Assembly: GCA_019661945.1 (NCBI GenBank)
Contig: JAIFWI010000004.1
Location: forward strand, 1-43,469
Source of the DNA: Candidatus Parcubacteria bacterium
GTDB lineage: Bacteria > Patescibacteriota > Minisyncoccia > Phycocordibacterales > JAKAEA01
DNA length: 43,469 bases
Direction: 5' to 3'
In this document: piece after piece, positions 27,057 to 37,100 of the stretch
Layout of the letters: every line of letters starts with the position of its first letter
Numbering within the stretch: the first letter of the stretch is position 1
The notes under the pieces: generated by a model
Seen by the model: the letters and a program-made list of their open reading frames with translations, nothing else
Told to the model about the DNA's origin: nothing
Database searches by the model: none
Position numbers and translations under genes: made by a program

Positions 27057-28057
27057 TGAATTCGTCTCGAATCTACTTCTTCATAGATCATTCTTGAGAT
27101 ATCTTGAATAGTTTGTGCAAGTTTTTGAAAATTGTTGCCGCGAGTCATAATACAAATAAGATAGGGGTTTTGCGGATAGTACACAATACCGCAATCGTGA
27201 AGCTGATTATGATCTTTAGAATTAGGTATGCCTGAACGTTCACCATATTTATGAGCCACTACAATCTCAGCTGGAACACCAGCCTTGATGCCTTGATTAA
27301 AGGTTGTACTGGCAAGCAGAGACAGAGCCTGAGTTGATGCCTGCGTTGTGTTTAAAAAAGAAACATTATAGAGTGTCCTAAAAATCGAGGCATATGACTT
27401 CACGCTTATCGTTTCATCTCCTACATTCTGTGGATTCACAATACCAAGATCAAGAAGTGTCTGATATAAAACATTTTGTTTAGGATAGAGACTCTCTAAA
27501 TAACTCTTGAGCACTTCTGCAGATGCATTGTCAGAATAAGTAATCATTCGCTTCAAAAGATCATCAATACTGTAGGGCATTTGTTCCTTAATAGATTCAG
27601 GTGGAGTAATCCACTGAGCTCCCTCAACAATATGCTTGTCAGTGTGATACACCAATTTTGTATTCAGTAATTGTGGATTTTCTTCGGATAGCCGTAAGTA
27701 TGTTAATAAGACGGGTAATTTAAGCAAACTGGCCGGAATAAATTTTGCATCTTCTCTAATACCCATAGTTGGACCATTTTGAAGATCCCGAAAATAAACA
27801 GAAACTGCCGAAATATCACCCGCTTGAGTTTTGAGCTTTACAAACTCATCAATCTTACTTTTAAGAACAATATAATCATGCTTTTTAATCACCTGTTTCT
27901 CAGGAAGATCGGCAAGTTCACAGTTAACATAGGAAAATTCACCATCACTACATGAGGTCTTAGCTCGAGCAAGAAAAAATGACCAGGTTATTGCCCCGAT
28001 GGCAAAACCAATTACAAGCGAGATTGTAATAATAATTCGATTTCTTGAGTTACCCAT
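27053..28057 (-). CDS. Class A beta-lactamase-fold serine hydrolase, membrane anchored
   Basis: PASLLK (SxxK), YSDN and VAHKYG motifs; N-terminal TM helix. Confidence 0.85.
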   Translation of the reverse strand: MGNSRNRIIITISLVIGFAIGAITWSFFLARAKTSCSDGEFSYVNCELADLPEKQVIKKHDYIVLKSKIDEFVKLKTQAGDISAVSVYFRDLQNGPTMGIREDAKFIPASLLKLPVLLTYLRLSEENPQLLNTKLVYHTDKHIVEGAQWITPPESIKEQMPYSIDDLLKRMITYSDNASAEVLKSYLESLYPKQNVLYQTLLDLGIVNPQNVGDETISVKSYASIFRTLYNVSFLNTTQASTQALSLLASTTFNQGIKAGVPAEIVVAHKYGERSGIPNSKDHNQLHDCGIVYYPQNPYLICIMTRGNNFQKLAQTIQDISRMIYEEVDSRRIQ

Positions 28058-28106
28058 CTTTATTAAGGCTTAAAACTAATTCTTATGTAGTATACACTAG
28101 ATCATT

Positions 28107-31100
28107 CTACTCGGAAACTGTAGCTGCCGGCACATCAGTAATTTCTACGACTGGTTCGGTAGGTTGTACTTCAGGTTCAGTTGCTTCATTGTCGACTTCT
28201 TCTACTGGAAGCTCCTCTTTGGCCGGCTCTTCTGTAATTTCTTCTTTAGGCTCTTCCTTCGGCTCTTCAGCAGGAGGTTTTTCTTCGACTACCGGCTGTT
28301 CGACTGGAGGCGGTGGAGGCACTACCACTGCTTCAGTTGAGGTACTTGTTTTTGCACCCTTCACGGCAAGCGCTATCCAGCTAAAGGTAATATCTTCAGG
28401 GGCTGCTTTATTCAGGGTAATCCTGAAACCATGAGTAGTCTTCTTAGAAATGAGGTGCCGAATATCATTGCCAAAGAGCGCATCTTCGAGAGCCTCATCA
28501 GTACTTGAAGCATTTTCTAGAGAAATAGAAGCATTGATAATTGGCTGCTCAAGATATTCTCGTCCAAAGGTGACATCAGCGAATTTCGCTCCCTTTTTAA
28601 TCAGAGCAAACCCAGCTGTATCAGTGGTAAAGTATGGCCGGCCGATGAAGATAAGATCTGATTGAAATGCGAGCATTTCGCCTCCGGTACCAATGCTATC
28701 TACTTCGAGACCATCCCAGATCGTAGCTCGGTTTATAGTCAAAGCTTTTCCTATTGGAGTTGAACTAGCAATTTGGGTCTCAAGCGCTGCAAGACTCGAC
28801 GCCAGATTTACATAGTGCTCTGAAGATGAAGCAAGTAATGCTTTTGTTTCATTAACAAATCCAAAGACTGAAGCAAGCTGGGCACTAACACTCATAGAGC
28901 TCGATGCAGTACTTGTAGCCAAGCTTTCCAATCTATCGGTCAGAGAGGAAATTGAATCTGTAAATATTTCAAGACCCTCTATTTGCTTAGCTACAACTTT
29001 ATTTGCGGTGACCGTGCCAGCAAAGACAGCATTACCATCTGCATCGAAGGTAATAACCGGTGTGCTTGATGCAGAAGCATCTTTAAATGTAGCTGACATG
29101 TCTTCCTTACCAGCCTTAGTTATAATCATCTTGCCACCTTGGGCAAGTTTTAGTTTTATATCATCTTCAACTGCTTCAATAGTATTTACTACCAATGTAT
29201 CAGTCAAAACTCTTGGTGTAATCAATTCAAGTCCGGCGACGACTCTGTCGGTAAAGACTTCAGAAATTGAACTTGAAGCTGTAATATTCTTTTTCTCAAC
29301 CATGAGCTGTGCAAGCATTATTCGGCCAATGTCTAAGCCTGCAGGTATATTATCGCTATCGATACCAGCTCGTTCCAAAAGAACATTCGTTCTAGCACCA
29401 CTTGAATATTGAGTTTGAACAAACATCATTACTTTTCCAGTTGAAGTAGCACCATCTGCTGGAGAAATATAATCTTCAAGAGCCGCACCAATAATTATGC
29501 CCGACTTCTCCATTTTAGCCGCTACGCCTGGAATAGAAGATGGACCAAGTAAATCTCCGGCTTTAATAGGACCGTTTTCCAAAGATACTTTCACTGGTGT
29601 TCGTCCAGCCAAGGCAATAGGTTGTGGATTTTTAGCATCCACACTTTCGCTAATCTTTCTACCCATAGTTATAGCCGGAGCAGTTGAGACAACACCAACC
29701 ACCTTGCTGTCAGGTCCAGCTTTCTCGAGTATTGAAATTTTTTGTAATCCCCATTCTGAGTCGTAATTAAATGAATCTTTACTGATTGAAACAATATCAC
29801 CAACTTCTACATCCTCTTTTGTTTCATACATTTCGGCAAGGTCAGATCCGTTTGTTCCCGAAAGTTCCCAGACGAGGACCATACCTCGAGCACCGGCCGA
29901 AGCAGCACCAGCAGATTCAGATCCACCACCACCTCCACCACCTGGAATTGCACCTGCTTGTCCAGCAGCACCAGTACCTCCAGTAGCAACTGCAGTACCT
30001 CCCATACCTCCCGCGCCTCCAAATGGTGCTCCACCACCATTACCTCCAGCAGCACCGTCGCCAGCTGCGGCACCAAGCGTGCTTCCTCCAGCTTGACCAG
30101 GAACAGTTATCGTACCACCAGAAGCTGTACCACCAGCACCACCAGTGGTACCGGAGTTTGTCTGGCCTGCACCACCGGTAAGAGTACCACCGCTCGCAGC
30201 AAAGCTTGAGGCATTTCCGTTAGCGCCGACAGTTGATGTTGCACCAATAGTCACAGTTACGTTTGCATTGACTGCCACTACTCCAGCGGCGTAACCACCA
30301 CCTCCACCACCTCCGTCAGAGTTGTTTGCGCCTGCAACACCTCCACCACCACCTCCTCCCCAAACTTCAACATAGACGTTATTAACGAAGGCTGGCTTTG
30401 TCCATGTACCGTTGACTGTATGAACTCGGACTGCTTCGACACCGAATCCAGCATCACCACTGCCACCCCCGCTAATACAAGTACCATTAACAGCATAACA
30501 GCCAGTTGTAATATTAAAGCCGACATCTGAGGTTGAAGTAGCTGAAGCATCAATATTCAAACCAGAGAGGGTCGTTGTACCGAAACCATTTCCGGCAACA
30601 GACAGGAATTTGACAGCATTTGAGGAACTGGCAACTTCAAAGACGGGGTTGGTCTGGAGAAGGTTACCTTGAACTGACAGTTTGGCATATGGACTTGTTG
30701 TGCCGATACCTACATTGTTCGCATTGGCTGTTGTTGTACCAATAACGATTGTTGTTGTTCCAGAAACGGCAGTGCCGTTTGCTCCGTAAAATGCAAGTTG
30801 TCCGAATACGCCAGTATTAACAGTACCTGATCCTCCTGAGCCACCAATACAAGTATTGCTAATAGCGTAACATCCTCCAGTAATATTCAAACCAACGTTT
30901 GAGGTTGAGGTTGCTGAACCGGAAATAGTTAAACCTGAAAGGGTTGTCGTGCCAAAACCTGTGGCAGAAACTGACAAAGCCGTAGTTGATGCTGAGGTAA
31001 CAACATTAAAAATAGAACCTGTTAATCCGCCCCATACAGTCAATTTTGATGTAGGTGAGCTCGTACCGATTGCAATACCGCTATTTTGAATACCACCTGA

Positions 31101-34100
31101 ACCATCTGACTGAGCATATACCGTCAACAATGGATTACCGTCAATTTGGGCTGAGTAACTTTGAACCGTGCTAGCTACAGCAGATGAAGTCACCGGCATA
31201 TCAATCCAGCTTAGAATACCACCATCACTATCAAATGTTGTGGCACCGAGAGCTAGATTATCAATACTTGTTAGTCCTGATGAAAAATCATGTCTCAAGG
31301 CTCCATTGCTGACATCAAGCCCACCGGCAAAGGTTGATGTCGCTGTTGTTGAGGTAGCGGTAATATTTCGGCCAACTATTTCTCCGACAACTGAGAGCTT
31401 GGCGTACGGTGAAGTCGTACCAATACCAACATTACCTGAAGAGTTAATTCTCATATACTCAGTCAGTGTTGCTAAGTTATCCGACAATGTACCAAATGTC
31501 AGTGATCCTGCAGTTGATGATGCATACCAGTGTTTAAGGTTTGAACCGGCACTGGTGTCAGTCAAAAGTAGCTGTGGAACAATACCGCTGGCTACTGAAA
31601 GCTTAGCATACGGTGTAGTTGTACCAATTCCAATCTTGCTTGCTGTTGAGGTAAACAGGGTTGATGTACCAACTACCGCTGTACCGTCTGCTGAATAGTA
31701 TGCAAACTGGCCCGTCGTACCTGAACTGACTGTGCCTGATCCGCCTGAACCTCCGACACAAGCACCTGAGATGGCGAAACAACCTCCCGTGAGATTAATG
31801 CCAACGTTTGAGGTTGATGTCGCAGAACCTGAAATAGTCAGACCGGAGAGAGTGGTGGTACCAAAACCATCTCCGGCTACCGTGAGAAATTTAACAGAAT
31901 TCGAGGAGCTCGCAACTTCAAAGACTGGGTTTGTCTGGAGAAGTGTACCCTGCACAGATAATTTTGCATATGGCGAAGAGGTGCCGATACCAATATTGTT
32001 GGCATTTGCAGTTGTAGTACCAATAACAATAGTGGTTGTTCCAGACACGGCAGTGCCGTTGGCTCCGTAGAATGCGAGTTGTCCAAAGATGCCCGTATTA
32101 ACAGTACCTGATCCGCCTGAACCTCCGACACAGGCACCTGAAATAGCGAAACAACCTCCCGTGAGATTAATGCCGTTAGCAAATGTTGATGAGGCATTTG
32201 AAGAGATGATATTAAGAGCATTTGCCTGAACTCCCCAAGCAAAAGTAGATGTAGCTGTCGTTGACGTAGCAACAAGATAATTAACTGTTGGCGACGTTGA
32301 TGCTGCTAATACACTTGTGCCGCCTGTTGAATAAAGCCAGCCTTGGCCAAATGATGTCGCTCCTGTTCCACCATAGAGAACTCCAATTGATGTCGTTGCT
32401 CCAACTACTCCATTTCGAGCATCAAGTGGTCCATTTAATGCGCCGATTGTTACACTACCGTTAAAAATACTCGAACCTGAAAATGTGTTGGTATCGGTGA
32501 ACGTATTAGCAGTGTAAAGTTTCGGAATCGTTGTTGATGCATGAATATAAGAATTAACTCGAGCATCAGTGTAATATAAATTTGTACCCTCAGGGATAGT
32601 AGTAGTAATAAGACCAAGAGATGTCGTCGCTACCTGAGTAATTGTGTTACCTGCCCCACCGATCAGAAGTTGGTTGTTAGTAATTGTCGATAATCCCGTT
32701 CCACCCTTCGTTGCAGCAAGAGTTCCTGAGATTGTTGCAAGTGTTGTTGTTGCCTGCCATGTTGGTACACCACTTACCAAGGCAAGGACAAAGCCATCTG
32801 TTCCAACTGATGTTGTGGCTAATGCTCCCGTACCATTACCAAGAAGAATACTATTTGACAGAATATTGCTCCAACCGGTACCTCCATACAAAACCCCAAT
32901 ACTTGTTGTAGCCGAGACTACTCCAGCATTTGCTTGAAGTGGACCATTGAGTGACCCGATAGTTACACCGCCGTTAAATATACTCGAGCCAGAAAATGTA
33001 TTGGTGTTTGTAAACGTATTAGTAGTATAGAGTTTTGGAATTGTTGTTGATCCGTGAATATATGCATTAACACGAGCGTCGGTGTAATAGAGATTTGTGC
33101 CTTCGGGGATAGTAGTGGTAATGAGTCCGAGAGATGTTGTCGCAACTTGAGTAATCGTGTTACCTGCTCCACCAATTAATAACTGATTGTTTGTAATCGT
33201 TGAAAGTCCGGTGCCACCTTTTGTAGCAGCTAATGTTCCTGAGATTGTTGCAAGTGTCGTCGTTGCCTGCCAAGTTGGCACGCCACTCACCAAGGCCAGA
33301 ACGAAACCATCGGTGCCGGCACTTGTTGTAGCTAAGGCACCTATACCATTACCTAATAAAATACTGTTGGCCTGAATATTATTCCAGCCTGTACCACCAT
33401 ATAATACTCCGATTGATGTTGTTGCTCCGACTACACCATTCCGAGCATCAAGCGGTCCATTTAATGCACCAATAGTTACACCACCATTAAAAATACTTGA
33501 GCCGGAGAATGTATTGGTGTTTGTAAATGTGTTGGCAGTATATGTTTTTGGAATCGTGGTTGAACCATGTATATATGAATTAACCCTGGCATCAGTATAG
33601 TAGAGATTTGTACCTTCAGGAATCGTTGTCGTGATGAGACCTAATGATGTTGTCGCAACCTGAGTAATAGTATTACCGGCACCTCCGATGAGAAGCTGGT
33701 TGTTGGTGATCGTTGATAATCCCGTTCCTCCCCGAGTTGCTGCTAATGTGCCGGTTGTGTCAGCTATTGCAATTCCCAATGTTGAAGTTGCCACGAGTGT
33801 ATAGCCACCTGTGCCATTACCTCGAAGAATTTCTCCAAAATTTGGCGCAGAGGTTAATCCTGTGCCTCCATATAATACTCCTATTGAGGAAGTTGCACTT
33901 ACTACACCTGCATTTGCTTGAATCGGGCCGTTTAGTGCACCAATTGTTACACCACCATTAAAAATACTCGAACCTGAAAATGTGTTGGTATTGGTGAACG
34001 TATTAGCAGTGTAAAGTTTCGGAATCGTTGTTGATGCATGAATATAAGAATTAACTCGAGCATCAGTGTAGTAAAGGTTTGTCCCTTCAGGAATTGTCGT

Positions 34101-37100
34101 GGTAATCAAACCTAAAGATGTTGTCGCTACTTGAGTAATGGTATTACCGGCACCACCAATAAGGAGTTGGTTATTTGTAATCGTTGAAAGTCCCGTTCCA
34201 CCCTTCGTTGCAGCAAGAGTTCCTGAGATTGTTGCAAGTGTCGTCGTTGCCTGCCAGGTTGGCACGCCACTCACCAAGGCCAGAACGAAACCATCGGTGC
34301 CAGCTGATGTCGTGGCCAGTGCTCCAGTACCATTTCCAAGTAAGATGCTATTCGCTTGGATATTGGTCCATCCTGTACCGCCATACAAAACTCCAATACT
34401 TGTCGTCGCTCCAACTACTCCATTCCGAGCATCAAGTGGTCCATTTAATGCACCAATAGTGAGCGTACCATTAAATATATTATTTCCACTGAAGGTGTTA
34501 TTGGTATATGTTTTTGGTATTGTTGTCGAGCCGTGGATAAATGTATTAACACGAGCATCCGTGTGATACAGATTTGTACCTTCAGGTATTGTAGTAGTAA
34601 TAAGACCAAGAGATGTGGTTGCTACCTGAGTTATTGTATTTCCAAGACCGCCAATTAATAACTGATTGTTTGTTATTGTAGATAATCCTGTACCACCTCG
34701 TGTTGCAGCCAAAGTTCCGGTTGTATCTGCAATGGCAATTCCCAATGTTGATGTTGCCACTAAAGAGTATCCTCCAGTATCATTACCGCGAAGAATTTCT
34801 CCAAAGTTTGGCGCAGAAGTTAATCCCGTTCCACCATAGAGTACTCCGATTGAAGTAGTAGCCGATACAACGCCAGCGTTCGCTTGGAGTGGACCGTTTA
34901 ATACGCCAATCGTTACACCACCATTAAATATACTCGAGCCAGAAAAAGTATTGGTGTTTGTAAATGTATTAGTAGTATAGAGTTTCGGAATAGTTGTTGA
35001 TGCATGAATGTACGCATTTACTCGAGCATCAGTGTAGTAGAGGTTTGTGCCTTCAGGAATGGTCGTGGTGATAAGCCCTAATGATGTTGTCGCAACCTGA
35101 GTAATAGTATTACCTGCCCCGCCGATCAAAAGTTGGTTGTTTGTTATCGTTGAAAGCCCGGTGCCGCCTCGAGTCGCTGGTAAAATGCCAGTAGTATCAG
35201 CTAGAGCTATTCCTAAGGTTGATGTTGCAACTAGTTCATAACCACCTGAACCATTTCCTCGTAAAATCTGGCCAAAGCTAGGAGTCGCATTTAAGCCTGT
35301 ACCTCCAAAGGCAACACCTATAGTATCACCCTGCCAGATACCACCAACAACCGTACCAACATTTGATTGAGTTGCTGTAAATCGTGGGAAGGTCGAAGTT
35401 GCTGTTGTCGTTGCAGTAAAGTATGCGCCAACTATTTCACCAACTACAGAAAGTTTTGCATAGGGTGATGTTGTACCAATACCGACATTACCGCTAATAT
35501 AGCTATTACCAATAACTTCAAGAGCTGCCAATGATGTCGTAGCTGAGGCACCAACCAGCACTTGATTTGTGGTTGTGGCCAATCTAATACCCGAACCATT
35601 AAAGAATGTCCAATTAGTATCAGAACCGCTGCCGCTGCCAGATCCACAATTCGAACCAGTACCGGTCAGAAGTCCGCCAGTGCTAAATTGTGCACAACCA
35701 GTTTGGCCGATAACATTAAATGAACCTGATACTGCGAGATTGGTAGAAGTAGCATTCGATGAAGTGGCATTTGTAAATATTGCTGTTGATGCTGAACTTG
35801 CTCCAATAGGAGTATTGTTAATTGTTCCACCTGAAATAGTAAGATCATTAGCAACTCGTGCATCCGCCAATGTTCCTGTCCATGTTGGCGTAAAGGTATG
35901 TGTTGAGCCTGAAGAAGTAATTGTTAATCCAATATTCGTGTCAGTTGATGTGGCAAATGTCTGACTTGCAGCAGTAAGCGCTGGTGAAAATTCCGCACCA
36001 AGTGATGTAATCGCTGTGGTCACTAACCCCAGCGACGACGTGGCGGTTAAGGTATATCCTCCTAGTGCATTACCCAGGAGAAGCTGACCATATGTTGGTG
36101 CAGTGCTGAGGCCGGTTCCACCATATAAAACTCCGATACTTGTTGTAGCGGAAACGACTCCCGCATTAGCTTGAAGTGGTCCATTCAATGCACCAATAGT
36201 TACTCCACCGTTAAAAATACTTGGGCCAGAGAATGTGTTGGTATTCGTAAATGTATTCGAAGTGTACAATTTTGGAATTGTAGTCGAACCATTGATGTAC
36301 GCATTAACTCGGGCATCCGTATAGTAGAGATTTGTACCCTCAGGAATTGTTGTAGTGATGAGACCTAATGAGGTTGTAGCGATCTGAGTAATAGTATTAC
36401 CTGCCCCGCCAATCAAAAGTTGGTTGTTGGTGATGGTCGATAATCCTGTTCCACCTCGAGTTGCAGCTAAGGTACCAGTTGTATCACCAATGGCTATTCC
36501 CAAGGTTGATGTTGCAACCAGAGTGTATCCACCAGTACCATTACCTCGGAGAATTTCTCCGAAGTTTGGTGCTGAAGTTAAACCAGTGCCACCATACAAA
36601 ACTCCAATTGATGTCGTTGCTCCAACTACTCCATTTCGAGCATCAAGTGGTCCATTTAATACACCGATAGTCACACCTCCATTAAAAATACTTGCGCCAG
36701 AAAACGTATTGGTGTTTGTGAAAGTATTAGCTGTGTAAAGCTTCGGAATCGTTGTTGACCCGTGAATGTAAGAATTGACTCGGGCGTCAGTGTAGTAAAG
36801 ATTTGTACCTTCGGGAATTGTTGTGGTAATGAGTCCAAGAGAGGTAGTCGCAACTTGGGTAATTGTGTTACCTGCCCCGCCAATCAAAAGTTGGTTGTTC
36901 GTGATAGTCGAAAGTCCGGTGCCACCTTTTGTAGCAGCTAATGTTCCCGAGATTGTTGAAAGTGTTGTGGTTGCTTGCCAGGTTGGTACACCACTCACTA
37001 ATGCAAGTACAAACCCATCGGTGCCGGCACTTGTTGTAGCTAATGCTCCCGTGCCATTTCCAAGCAAAATGCTATTCGCTAGGATATTTGTCCATCCAGT

